From the NCBI RefSeq assembly GCF_009914755.1, contig NC_060935.1: 64,000 nucleotides of DNA. One strand, given 5' to 3'. Position numbers and translations under genes: made by a program. Numbering within the stretch: position 1 is the stretch's first letter; each line of letters opens with the position of its first letter. This stretch comes from the human T2T-CHM13v2.0 reference genome, Homo sapiens. Shown piece after piece: positions 1-13,400 of this stretch. The notes beneath the pieces were generated by a model. The model searched no databases. It was not told where the DNA came from and saw nothing but the letters and a program-made list of their open reading frames with translations.

Positions 1-99
1 TGGATTGAACTAACAGAGCTGAACATTCCTTTAGATGGCGCAGTTTCCAAACACACTTTCTGTAGAATCTGCCACTGGATATTTGGACCTCTCTGAGGA

Positions 100-116
100 T
101 TTCGTTGGAAACGGGC
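100..116 (+). promoter_or_regulatory. CENP-B box in the first B-type monomer (representative; recurs every 850 bp)
   Basis: TTTCGTTGGAAACGGGC matches the core NTTCGNNNNANNCGGGN. Confidence 0.95.
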
Positions 117-266
117 TAAACTTCCCAGAACTACACGGAAGCATTCTGAGAAACTTCTTTGTGATGTTTGCATTCAACTCACAGAGTGGAAACTTGCTTT
201 CATAGTTCAGCTTTCAAACACTCTTTTTGTAGAATCTGCAAGTGGACATTTGGACCACTTTGTGGC

Positions 267-283
267 CTTCCTTCGAAACGGGT
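267..283 (+). promoter_or_regulatory. Degenerate CENP-B box in the second B-type monomer (representative; predicted non-binding)
   Basis: CTTCCTTCGAAACGGGT has TTCC instead of the essential TTCG. This state is seen in nearly all HOR copies. Confidence 0.85.
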
Positions 284-437
284 ATATCTTCACATCAAAC
301 CTAGACAGAAGCATTCTCAGAATGTTTTCTGTGATGACTGCATTCAACTCACAGAGGTGAACAATCCTGCTGATGGACCAGTTTTGAAACTCTCTTTCTT
401 TGTATTCTGCAAGTGGATATGTGGACCTCTGTGAACA

Positions 438-454
438 TTTCGTTGGAAACGGGT
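438..454 (+). promoter_or_regulatory. CENP-B box in the third B-type monomer (representative; recurs every 850 bp)
   Basis: TTTCGTTGGAAACGGGT matches the core consensus. Confidence 0.95.
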
Positions 455-569
455 TCATCTTCACAGAAAAAAAAAGCAGGAGCATTCTCAGAAACTGCTT
501 TGTGATGTTTGTGTTCCACTTCAGGAATTGAACTTTCCTCTTGACAGAGCAGCTCTGAAACCCTCTTTT

Positions 570-1419
570 TCTAGAATCTGCAAGTGGACATTTGGAGGGC
601 TTTGAGGCCTGTGGTTGAAAAGGAAAATCTTCACATAAAAACTAGATGGATGCATTCTCAGAAACTACTTTGTGATGATTGCATTCGACTCACAGAGTTG
701 AACATTCCTATAGATAGAGCAGGTTGTAAACAATCTTTTTGTAGAATCTGCGATTGGAGATTTGGACTGCTTTGAGGCCTAATGTAGCAAAGGAAATAAC
801 TTCATCTAAAAACCAAACGGAAGCATTCACAGACAATTCTTAGTGATCATTGGATTGAACTAACAGAGCTGAACATTCCTTTAGATGGAGCAGTTTCCAA
901 ACACACTTTCTGTAGAATCTGCAAGTGGATATTTGGACCTCTCTGAGGATTTCGTTGGAAAAGGGATAAACTTCCCAGAACTACATGGAAGCATTCTGAG
1001 AAACTTCTTTGTGATGTTTGCATTCAACTCACAGAGTTGAAACTTGCTTTCATGGTTCAGCTTTCAAACACTCTTTTTGTAGAATCTGCAAGTGGATATT
1101 TGGACCACTTTGTGGCCTTCCTTCGAAACGGGTATATCTTCACATCAAACCTTGACAGAAGCATTCTCAGAATGTTTCCTGTGATGACTGCATTCAACTC
1201 ACAGAGGTGAACAATCCTGCTGATGGAGCAGTTTTGAAACTCTCTTTCTTTGGATTCTGCAAGTGGATATGTGGACCTCTGTGAAGATTTCGTTGGAAAC
1301 GGGTTCATCTTCACAGAAAAACTAAACAGGAGCATTCTCAGAAACTGCTTTGTGATGTTTGTGTTCCACTTCAGGAATTGAACTTTCCTCTTGACAGAGC
1401 AGCTCTGAAACCCTCTTTT
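570..1419 (+). repeat. Representative 850-bp HOR unit, XbaI to XbaI
   Basis: TCTAGA at 570-575 and again at 1420-1425. Box positions at 100, 267, 438, 609, 779 and 950 give monomer spacings of 167/171/171/170/171 = 850. Confidence 0.95.
609..625 (+). promoter_or_regulatory. A-box (pJ-alpha-like) site of an A-type monomer (representative)
   Basis: CTGTGGTTGAAAAGGAA here, CTGTGGTGGAAAAGGAA in most copies, at the position homologous to the CENP-B box. A second, more diverged A-box lies at 779-795. Confidence 0.7.
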
Positions 1420-4400
1420 TCTAGAATCTGCATGTGGACATTTGGAGGGCTTTGAGGCCTGTGGTGGAAAAGGAAAATCTTCAATAAAAACTAGATGGAA
1501 TCATTCTCAGAAACTAATTTGTGATGATTGCATTCGACTCACAGAGGTGAACATTCCTATAGATAGAGCAGGTTGTAAACAATCTTTTTGTAGAATCTGC
1601 GATTGGAGATTTGGACTGCTTTGAGGCCTACTGTAGTAAAGGAAATAACTTCATCTAAAAACCAAACGGAAGCATTCACAGACAATTCTTAGTGATCATT
1701 GGATTGAACTAACAGAGCTGAACATTCCTTTAGATGGCGCAGTTTCCAAACACACTTTCTGTAGAATCTGCAAGTGGATATTTGGACCTCTCTGAGGATT
1801 TCGTTGGAAACGGGATAAACTTCCCAGAACTACACGGAAGCATTCTGAGAAACTTCTTTGTGATGTTTGCATTCAACTCACAGAGTTGAAACTTGCTTTC
1901 ATAGTTCAGCTTTGAAACACTCTTTTTGTAGAATCTGCAAGTGGATATTTGGACCACTTTGTGGCCTTCCTTCGAAACGGGTATATCTTCACATCAAACC
2001 TAGACAGAAGCATTCTCAGAATGTTTCCTGTGATGACTGCATTCAACTCACAGAGGTGAACAATCCTGCTGATGGACCAGTTTTGAAACTCTCTTTCTTT
2101 GGATTCTGCAAGTGGATATGTGGAGCTCTGTGAAGATTTCGTTGGAAACGGGTTCATCTTCACAGAAAAACTAAACAGGAGCATTCTCAGAAACTGCTTT
2201 GTGATGTTTGTGTTCCACTTCAGGAATTGAACTTTCCTCTTGACAGAGCAGCTCTGAAACCCTCTTTTTCTAGAATCTGCAAGTGGACATTTGGAGGGCT
2301 TTGAGGCCTGTGGTGGAAAAGGAAAATCTTCACATAAAAACTAGATGGAATCATTCTCAGAAACTACTTTGTGATGATTGCATTCGACTCACAGAGGTGA
2401 ACATTCCTATAGATAGAGCAGGTTGTAAACAATCTTTTGTAGAATCTGCGATTGGAGATTTGGACTGCTTTGAGGCCTACTGTAGTCAAGGAAATAACTT
2501 CATCTAAAAACCAAACGGAAGCATTCACAGACAATTCTTAGTGATCATTGGATTGAACTAACAGAGCTGAACATTCCTTTAGATGGCGCAGTTTCCAAAC
2601 ACACTTTCTGTAGAATCTGCCACTGGATATTTGGACCTCTCTGAGGATTTCGTTGGAAACGGGATAAACTTCCCAGAACTACACGGAAGCATTCTGAGAA
2701 ACTTCTTTGTGATGTTTGCATTCAACTCACAGAGTTGAAACTTGCTTTCATAGTTCAGCTTTGAAACACTCTTTTTGTAGAATCTGCAAGTGGATATTAG
2801 GACCACATTGTGGCCTTCCTTCGAAACGGGTATATCTTCACATCAAACCTAGACAGAAGCATTCTCAGAATGTTTCCTGTGATGACTGCATTCAACTCAC
2901 AGAGGTGAACAATCCTGCTGATGGAGCAGTTTTGAAACTCTCTATCTTTGGATTCTGCAAGTGGATATGTGGACCTCTGTGAACATTTCGTTGGAAACGG
3001 GTTCATCTTCACAGAAAAACTAAACAGGAGCATTCTCAGAAACTGCTTTGTGATGTTTGTGTTCCACTTCAAGAATTGAACTTTCCTCTTGACAGAGCAG
3101 CTCTGAAACCCTCTTTTTCTAGAATCTGCAAGTGGACATTTGGAGGGCTTTGAGGCCTGTGGTGGAAAAGGAAACTCTTCACATAAAAACTAGATGGAAG
3201 CATTCTCAGAAACTACTTTGTGATGATTGCATTCAACTCACAGAGTTGAACATTCCTATAGATAGAGCAGGTTGTAAACAATCTTTTTGTAGAATCTGCG
3301 ATTGGAGATTTGGACTGCTTTGAGGCCTACTGTAGTAAAGGAAATAACTTCATCTAAAAACCAAACGGAAGCATTCACAGACAATTCTTAGTGATCATTG
3401 GATTGAACTAACAGAGCTGAACATTCCTTTAGATGGCGCAGTTTCCAAACACACTTTCTGTAGAATCTGCAAGTGGATATTTGGACCTCTCTGAGGATTT
3501 CGTTGGAAACGGGATAAACTTCCCAGAACTACACGGAAGTATTCTGAGAAACTTCTTTGTGATGTTTGCATTTAACTCACAGAGTTGAACCTTGCTTTCA
3601 TAGTTCAGCTTTCAAACACTCTTTTTGTAGAATCTGCAAGTGGATATTTGGACCACTTTGTGGCCTTCCTTCCAAACGGGTATATCTTCACATCAAACCT
3701 AGACAGAAGCATTCTCAGAATGTTTCCTGTGATGACTGCATTCAACTCACAGAGGTAAACAATCCTGCTGATGGAGCAGTTTTGAAACTCTCTTTCTTTG
3801 GATTCTGCAAGTGGATATGTGGACCTCTGTGAAGATTTCGTTGGAAACGGGTTCATCTTCACAGAAAAAATAACCAGGAGCATTCTCAGAAACTGCTTTG
3901 TGATGTTTGTGTTCCACTTCAGGAATTGAACTTTCCTCTTGACAGAGCAGCTCTGAAACCCTCTTTTTCTAGAATCTGCAAGTGGACATTTGGAGGGCTT
4001 TGAGGCCTGTGGTGGAAAAGGAAACTCTTCACATAAAAACTAGATGGAAGCATTCTCAGAAACTACTTTGTGATGATTGCATTCGACTCACAGAGTTGAA
4101 CATTCCTATAGATAGAGCAGGTTGTAAACAATCTTTTTGTAGAATCTGTGATTGGAGATTTGGACTGCTTTGAGGCCTACTGTAGTAAAGGAAATAACTT
4201 CATCTAAAAACCAAACGGAAGCATTCACAGACAATTCTTAGTGATCATTGGATTGAACTAACAGAGCTGAACATTCCTTTAGATGGAGCAGATTCCAAAC
4301 ACACTTTCTGTAGAATCTGCAACTGGATATTTGGACCTCTCTGAGGATTTCGTTGGAAACGGGATAAACTTCCCAGAACTACACGGAAGCATTCTGAGAA

Positions 4401-7400
4401 ACTTCTTTGTGATGTTTGCATTCAACTCACAGAGTTGAACCTTGCTTTCATAGTTCAGCTTTCAAACACTCTTTTTGTAGAATCTGCAAGTGGATATTTG
4501 GACCACTTTGTGGCCTTCCTTCGAAACGGGTATATCTTCACATCAAACCTAGACAGAAGCATTCTCAGAATGTTTTCTGTGATGACTGCATTCAACTCAC
4601 AGAGGTGAACAATCCTGTTGATGGAGCAGTTTTGAAACTCTCTTTCTTTGGATTCTGCAAGTGGATATGTGGACCTCTGTGAAGATTTCGTTGGAAACGG
4701 GTTCATCTTCACAGAAAAACTAAACAGGAGCATTCTCAGAAACTGCTTTGTGATGTTTGTGTTCCACTTCAAGAATTGAACTTTCCTCTTGACAGAGCAG
4801 CTCTGAAACCCTCTTTTTCTAGAATCTGCAAGTGGACATTTGGAGGGCTTTGAGGCCTGTGGTGGAAAAGGAAACTCTTCACATAAAAACTAGATGGAAG
4901 CATTCTCAGAAACTACTTTGTGATGATTGCATTCGACTCACAGAGTTGAACATTCCTATAGATAGAGCAGGTTGAAAACAATCTTTTTGTAGAATCTGCG
5001 ATTGGAGATTTGGACTGCTTTGAGGCCTACTGTAGTAAAGGAAATAACTTCATCTAAAAACCAAACGGAAGCATTCACAGATAATTCTTAGTGATCATTG
5101 GATTGAACTAACAGAGCTGAACATTCCTTTAGATGGCGCAGTTTCCAAACACACTTTCTGTAGAATCTGCAAGTGGATATTTGGACCTCTCTGAGGATTT
5201 CGTTGGAAACGGGATGAACTTCCCTGAACTACACGGAAGTATTCTGAGAAACTTCTTTGTGATGTTTGCATTCAACTCACAGAGTTGAACCTTGCTTTCA
5301 TAGTTCAGCTTTCAAACACTCTTTTTGTAGAATCTGCAAGTGGATATTTGGACCACTTTGTGGCCTTCCTTCCAAACGGGTATATCTTCACATCAAACCT
5401 AGACAGAAGCATTCTCAGAATGTTTCCTGTGATGACTGCATTCAACTCACAGAGGTAAACAATCCTGCTGATGGAGCAGTTTTAAAACTCTCTTTCTTTG
5501 GATTCTGCAAGTGGATATGTGGACCTCTGTGAAGATTTCGTTGGAAACGGGTTCATCTTCACAGAAAAAATAACCAGGAGCATTCTCAGAAACTGCCTTG
5601 TGATGTTTGTGTTCCACTTCAGGAATTGAACTTTCCTCTTGACAGAGCAGCTCTGAAACCCTCTTTTTCTAGAATCTGCAAGTGGACATTTGGAGGGCTT
5701 TGAGGCCTGTGGTGGAAAAGGAAACTCTTCACATAAAAACTAGATGGAAGCATTCTCAGAAACTACTTTGTGATGATTGCATTCGACTCACAGAGTTGAA
5801 CATTCCTATAGATAGAGCAGGTTGTAAACAATCTTTTTGTAGAATCTGTGATTGGAGATTTGGACTGCTTTGAGGCCTACTGTAGTAAAGGAAATAACTT
5901 CATCTAAAAACCAAACGGAAGCATTCACAGACAATTCTTAGTGATCATTGGATTGAAGTAACAGAGCTGAACATTCCTTTAGATGGAGCAGATTCCAAAC
6001 ACACTTTCTGTAGAATCTGCAACTCGATATTTGGACCTCTCTGAGGATTTCGTTGGAAACGGGATAAACTTCCCAGAACTACACGGAAGCATTCTGAGAA
6101 ACTTCTTTGTGATGTTTGCATTCAACTCACAGAGTTGAACCTTGCTTTCATAGTTCAGCTTTCAAACACTCTTTTTGTAGAATCTGCAAGTGGATATTTG
6201 GACCACTTTTTGGCCTTCCTTCGAAACGAGTATATCTTCGCATCAAACCTAGACAGAAGCATTCTCAGAATGTTTCCTGCGATGACTGCATTCAACTCAC
6301 AGAGGTGAACAATCCTGCTGATGGACCAGTTTTGAAACTCTCTTTCTTTGGATTCTGCAAGTGGATATGTGGACCTCTGTCAAGATTTCGTTGGAAACGG
6401 GTTCATCTTCATAGAAAAACTAAACAGGAGCATTCTCAGAAACTGCTTTGTGATGTTTGTGTTCCACTTCAGGAATTGAACTTTCCTCTTGACAGAGCAG
6501 CTCTGAAACCCTCTTTTTCTAGAATCTGCAAGTGGACATTTGGAGGGCTTTGAGGCCTGTGGTGGAAAAGGAAAATCTTCATATAAAAACTTGATGGAAG
6601 CATACTCAGAAACTACTTTGTGATGATTGCATTCGACTCACAGAGTTGAACATTCCTATAGATAGAGCAGGTTGTAAACAATCTTTTTGTAGAATCTGCG
6701 ATTGGAGATTTGGACTGCTTTGAGGCCTACTGTAATAAAGGAAATAACTTCATCTAAAAACCAAACGGAAGCATTCACAGACAATTCTTAGTGATCATTG
6801 GATTGAACTAACAGAGCTGAACATTCCTTTAGATGGCGCAGTTTCCAAACACACTTTCTGTAGAATCTGCCACTGGATATTTGGACCTCTCTGAGGATTT
6901 CGTTGGAAACGGGCTAAACTTCCCAGAACTACACGGAAGCATTCTGAGAAACTTCTTTGTGATGTTTGCATTCAACTCACAGAGTGGAAACTTGCTTTCA
7001 TAGTTCAGCTTTCAAACACTCTTTTTGTAGAATCTGCAAGTGGATATTTGGACCACTTTGTGGCCTTCCTTCGAAACGGGTATATCTTCACATCAAACCT
7101 AGACAGAAGCATTCTCAGAATGTTTTCTGTGATGACTGCATTCAACTCACAGAGGTGAACAATCCTGCTGATGGACCAGTTTTGAAACTCTCTTTCTTTG
7201 TATTCTGCAAGTGGATATGTGGACCTCTGTGAACATTTCGTTGGAAACGGGTTCATCTTCACAGAAAAAAAAAGCAGGAGCATTCTCAGAAACTGCTTTG
7301 TGATGTTTGTGTTCCACTTCAGGAATTGAACTTTCCTCTTGACAGAGCAGCTCTGAAACCCTCTTTTTCTAGAATCTGCAAGTGGACATTTGGAGGGCTT

Positions 7401-10400
7401 TGAGGCCTGTGGTGGAAAAGGAAAATCTTCACATAAAAACTAGATGGATGCATTCTCAGAAACTACTTTGTGATGATTGCATTCGACTCACAGAGTTGAA
7501 CATTCCTATAGATAGAGCAGGTTGTAAACAATCTTTTTGTAGAATCTGCGATTGGAGATTTGGACTGCTTTGAGGCCTAATGTAGCAAAGGAAATAACTT
7601 CATCTAAAAACCAAACGGAAGCATTCACAGACAATTCTTAGTGATCATTGGATTGAACTAACAGAGCTGAACATTCCTTTAGATGGAGCAGTTTCCAAAC
7701 ACACTTTCTGTAGAATCTGCAAGTGGATATTTGGACCTCTCTGAGGATTTCGTTGGAAAAGGGATAAACTTCCCAGAACTACATGGAAGCATTCTGAGAA
7801 ACTTCTTTGTGATGTTTGCATTCAACTCACAGAGTTGAAACTTGCTTTCATGGTTCAGCTTTCAAACACTCTTTTTGTAGAATCTGCAAGTGGATATTTG
7901 GACCACTTTGTGGCCTTCCTTCGAAACGGGTATATCTTCACATCAAACCTAGACAGAAGCATTCTCAGAATGTTTCCTGTGATGACTGCATTCAACTCAC
8001 AGAGGTGAACAATCCTGCTGATGGAGCAGTTTTGAAACTCTCTTTCTTTGGATTCTGCAAGTGGATATGTGGACCTCTGTGAAGATTTCCTTGGAAACGG
8101 GTTCATCTTCACAGAAAAACTAAACAGGAGCATTCTCAGAAACTGCTTTGTGATGTTTGTGTTCCACTTCAGGAATTGAACTTTCCTCTTGACAGAGCAG
8201 CTCTGAAACCCTCTTTTTCTAGAATCTGCATGTGGACATTTGGAGGGCTTTGAGGCCTGTGGTGGAAAAGGAAAATCTTCAATAAAAACTAGATGGAATC
8301 ATTCTCAGAAACTAATTTGTGATGAGTGCATTCGACTCACAGAGGTGAACATTCCTATAGATAGAGCAGGTTGTAAACAATCTTTTTGTAGAATCTGCGA
8401 TTGGAGATTTGGACTGCTTTGAGGCCTACTGTAGTAAAGGAAATAACTTCATCTAAAAACCAAACGGAAGCATTCACAGACAATTCTTAGTGATCATTGG
8501 ATTGAACTAACAGAGCTGAACATTCCTTTAGATGGCGCAGTTTCCAAACACACTTTCTGTAGAATCTGCAAGTGGATATTTGGACCTCTCTGAGGATTTC
8601 GTTGGAAACGGGATAAACTTCCCAGAACTACACGGAAGCATTCTGAGAAACTTCTTTGTGATGTTTGCATTCAACTCACAGAGTTGAAACTTGCTTTCAT
8701 AGTTCAGCTTTGAAACACTCTTTTTGTAGAATCTGCAAGTGGATATTTGGACCACTTTGTGGCCTTCCTTCGAAACGGGTATATCTTCACATCAAACCTA
8801 GACAGAAGCATTCTCAGAATGTTTCCTGTGATGACTGCATTCAACTCACAGAGGTGAACAATCCTGCTGATGGACCAGTTTTGAAACTCTCTTTCTTTGG
8901 ATTCTGCAAGTGGATATGTGGAGCTCTGTGAAGATTTCGTTGGAAACGGGTTCATCTTCACAGAAAAACTAAACAGGAGCATTCTCAGAAACTGCTTTGT
9001 GATGTTTGTGTTCCACTTCAGGAATTGAACTTTCCTCTTGACAGAGCAGCTCTGAAACCCTCTTTTTCTAGAATCTGCAAGTGGACATTTGGAGGGCTTT
9101 GAGGCCTGTGGTGGAAAAGGAAAATCTTCACATAAAAACTAGATGGAATCATTCTCAGAAACTACTTTGTGATGATTGCATTCGACTCACAGAGGTGAAC
9201 ATTCCTATAGATAGAGCAGGTTGTAAACAATCTTTTGTAGAATCTGCGATTGGAGATTTGGACTGCTTTGAGGCCTACTGTAGTCAAGGAAATAACTTCA
9301 TCTAAAAACCAAACGGAAGCATTCACAGACAATTCTTAGTGATCATTGGATTGAACTAACAGAGCTGAACATTCCTTTAGATGGCGCAGTTTCCAAACAC
9401 ACTTTCTGTAGAATCTGCCACTGGATATTTGGACCTCTCTGAGGATTTCGTTGGAAACGGGATAAACTTCCCAGAACTACACGGAAGCATTCTGAGAAAC
9501 TTCTTTGTGATGTTTGCATTCAACTCACAGAGTTGAAACTTGCTTTCATAGTTCAGCTTTGAAACACTCTTTTTGTAGAATCTGCAAGTGGATATTAGGA
9601 CCACATTGTGGCCTTCCTTCGAAACGGGTATATCTTCACATCAAACCTAGACAGAAGCATTCTCAGAATGTTTCCTGTGATGACTGCATTCAACTCACAG
9701 AGGTGAACAATCCTGCTGATGGAGCAGTTTTGAAACTCTCTATCTTTGGATTCTGCAAGTGGATATGTGGACCTCTGTGAACATTTCGTTGGAAACGGGT
9801 TCATCTTCACAGAAAAACTAAACAGGAGCATTCTCAGAAACTGCTTTGTGATGTTTGTGTTCCACTTCAAGAATTGAACTTTCCTCTTGACAGAGCAGCT
9901 CTGAAACCCTCTTTTTCTAGAATCTGCAAGTGGACATTTGGAGGGCTTTGAGGCCTGTGGTGGAAAAGGAAACTCTTCACATAAAAACTAGATGGAAGCA
10001 TTCTCAGAAACTACTTTGTGATGATTGCATTCAACTCACAGAGTTGAACATTCCTATAGATAGAGCAGGTTGTAAACAATCTTTTTGTAGAATCTGCGAT
10101 TGGAGATTTGGACTGCTTTGAGGCCTACTGTAGTAAAGGAAATAACTTCATCTAAAAACCAAACGGAAGCATTCACAGACAATTCTTAGTGATCATTGGA
10201 TTGAACTAACAGAGCTGAACATTCCTTTAGATGGCGCAGTTTCCAAACACACTTTCTGTAGAATCTGCAAGTGGATATTTGGACCTCTCTGAGGATTTCG
10301 TTGGAAACGGGATAAACTTCCCAGAACTACACGGAAGTATTCTGAGAAACTTCTTTGTGATGTTTGCATTTAACTCACAGAGTTGAACCTTGCTTTCATA

Positions 10401-13400
10401 GTTCAGCTTTCAAACACTCTTTTTGTAGAATCTGCAAGTGGATATTTGGACCACTTTGTGGCCTTCCTTCCAAACGGGTATATCTTCACATCAAACCTAG
10501 ACAGAAGCATTCTCAGAATGTTTCCTGTGATGACTGCATTCAACTCACAGAGGTAAACAATCCTGCTGATGGAGCAGTTTTGAAACTCTCTTTCTTTGGA
10601 TTCTGCAAGTGGATATGTGGACCTCTGTGAAGATTTCGTTGGAAACGGGTTCATCTTCACAGAAAAAATAACCAGGAGCATTCTCAGAAACTGCTTTGTG
10701 ATGTTTGTGTTCCACTTCAGGAATTGAACTTTCCTCTTGACAGAGCAGCTCTGAAACCCTCTTTTTCTAGAATCTGCAAGTGGACATTTGGAGGGCTTTG
10801 AGGCCTGTGGTGGAAAAGGAAACTCTTCACATAAAAACTAGATGGAAGCATTCTCAGAAACTACTTTGTGATGATTGCATTCGACTCACAGAGTTGAACA
10901 TTCCTATAGATAGAGCAGGTTGTAAACAATCTTTTTGTAGAATCTGTGATTGGAGATTTGGACTGCTTTGAGGCCTACTGTAGTAAAGGAAATAACTTCA
11001 TCTAAAAACCAAACGGAAGCATTCACAGACAATTCTTAGTGATCATTGGATTGAACTAACAGAGCTGAACATTCCTTTAGATGGAGCAGATTCCAAACAC
11101 ACTTTCTGTAGAATCTGCAACTGGATATTTGGACCTCTCTGAGGATTTCGTTGGAAACGGGATAAACTTCCCAGAACTACACGGAAGCATTCTGAGAAAC
11201 TTCTTTGTGATGTTTGCATTCAACTCACAGAGTTGAACCTTGCTTTCATAGTTCAGCTTTCAAACACTCTTTTTGTAGAATCTGCAAGTGGATATTTGGA
11301 CCACTTTGTGGCCTTCCTTCGAAACGGGTATATCTTCACATCAAACCTAGACAGAAGCATTCTCAGAATGTTTTCTGTGATGACTGCATTCAACTCACAG
11401 AGGTGAGAAATCCTGTTGATGGAGCAGTTTTGAAACTCTCTTTCTTTGGATTCTGCAAGTGGATATGTGGACCTCTGTGAAGATTTCGTTGGAAACGGGT
11501 TCATCTTCACAGAAAAACTAAACAGGAGCATTCTCAGAAACTGCTTTGTGATGTTTGTGTTCCACTTCAAGAATTGAACTTTCCTCTTGACAGAGCAGCT
11601 CTGAAATCCTCTTTTTCTAGAATCTGCAAGTGGACATTTGGAGGGCTTTGAGGCCTGTGGTGGAAAAGGAAAATCTTCACATAAAAACTAGATGGAAGCA
11701 TTCTCAGAAACTACTTTGTGATGATTGCATTCGACTCACAGAGTTGAACATTCCTATAGATAGAGCAGGTTGAAAACAATCTTTTTGTAGAATCTGCGAT
11801 TGGAGATTTGGACTGCTTTGAGGCCTACTGTAGTAAAGGAAATAACTTCATCTAAAAACCAAACGGAAGCATTCACAGATAATTCTTAGTGATCATTGGA
11901 TTGAACTAACAGAGCTGAACATTCCTTTAGATGGCGCAGTTTCCAAACACACTTTCTGTAGAATCTGCAAGTGGATATTTGGACCTCTCTGAGGATTTCG
12001 TTGGAAACGGGATGAACTTCCCTGAACTACACGGAAGTATTCTGAGAAACTTCTTTGTGATGTTTGCATTCAACTCACAGAGTTGAACCTTGCTTTCATA
12101 GTTCAGCTTTCAAACACTCTTTTTGTAGAATCTGCAAGTGGATATTTGGACCACTTTTTGGCCTTCCTTCCAAACGGGTATATCTTCACATCAAACCTAG
12201 ACAGAAGCATTCTCAGAATGTTTCCTGTGATGACTGCATTCAACTCACAGAGGTAAACAATCCTGCTGATGGAGCAGTTTTAAAACTCTCTTTCTTTGGA
12301 TTCTGCAAGTGGATATGTGGACCTCTGTGAAGATTTCGTTGGAAACGGGTTCATCTTCACAGAAAAAATAACCAGGAGCATTCTCAGAAACTGCCTTGTG
12401 ATGTTTGTGTTCCACTTCAGGAATTGAACTTTCCTCTTGACAGAGCAGCTCTGAAACCCTCTTTTTCTAGAATCTGCAAGTGGACATTTGGAGGGCTTTG
12501 AGGCCTGTGGTGGAAAAGGAAACTCTTCACATAAAAACTAGATGGAAGCATTCTCAGAAACTACTTTGTGATGATTGCATTCGACTCACAGAGTAGAACA
12601 TTCCTATAGATAGAGCAGGTTGTAAACAATCTTTTTGTAGAATCTGTGATTGGAGATTTGGACTGCTTTGAGGCCTACTGTAGTAAAGGAAATAACTTCA
12701 TCTAAAAACCAAACGGAAGCATTCACAGACAATTCTTAGTGATCATTGGATTGAACTAACAGAGCTGAACATTCCTTTAGATGGAGCAGATTCCAAACAC
12801 ACTTTCTGTAGAATCTGCAACTCGATATTTGGACCTCTCTGAGGATTTCGTTGGAAACGGGATAAACTTCCAAGAACTACACGGAAGCATTCTGAGAAAC
12901 TTCTTTGTGATGTTTGCATTCAACTCACAGAGTTGAACCTTGCTTTCATAGTTCAGCTTTCAAACACTCTTTTTGTAGAATCTGCAAGTGGATATTTGGA
13001 CCACTTTTTGGCCTTCCTTCGAAACGAGTATATCTTCGCATCAAACCTAGACAGAAGCATTCTCAGAATGTTTCCTGCGATGACTGCATTCAACTCACAG
13101 AGGTGAACAATCCTGCTGATGGACCAGTTTTGAAACTCTCTTTCTTTGGATTCTGCAAGTGGATATGTGGACCTCTGTGAAGATTTCGTTGGAAACGGGT
13201 TCATCTTCACAGAAAAACTAAACAGGAGCATTCTCAGAAACTGCTTTGTGATGTTTGTGTTCCACTTCAAGAATTGAACTTTCCTCTTGACAGAGCAGCT
13301 CTGAAACCCTCTTTTTCTAGAATCTGCAAGTGGACATTGGGAGGGCTTTGAGGCCTGTGGTGGAAAAGGAAAATCTTCACATAAAAACTAGATGGAAGCA

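Larger units (their letters stand above)
1..13130 (+). repeat. Tandem duplication of an 8-HOR block, period 6798 bp
   Basis: Shared rare variants at +6798: agagtggaaac (~185/6983), gaaaaaaaaagcagg (~466/7264), 1-bp deletions (~1483/8281 and ~2437/9235), tctatctttg (2941/9739), aaacgagtatatcttcg (~6225/13023). Confidence 0.9.

Noticed and set aside
168-434. Cys/His-rich peptides (CRIC, CDDC) suggesting zinc fingers
   Set aside because: Produced by tgt/tgc-rich satellite motifs, with no C2H2 or other recognisable domain spacing.
467-475. A9 run resembling a poly-A remnant (also ~7265, ~50611)
   Set aside because: It is a length-neutral substitution of aaaaactaa with no target-site duplication or inserted sequence.
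6116-6553. Longer 145-aa ORFs (also at 16314, 21414, 49462)
   Set aside because: They arise from a single TGA>TCA variant (ctctgtcaag) shared by descent. This is useful as a haplotype marker only.
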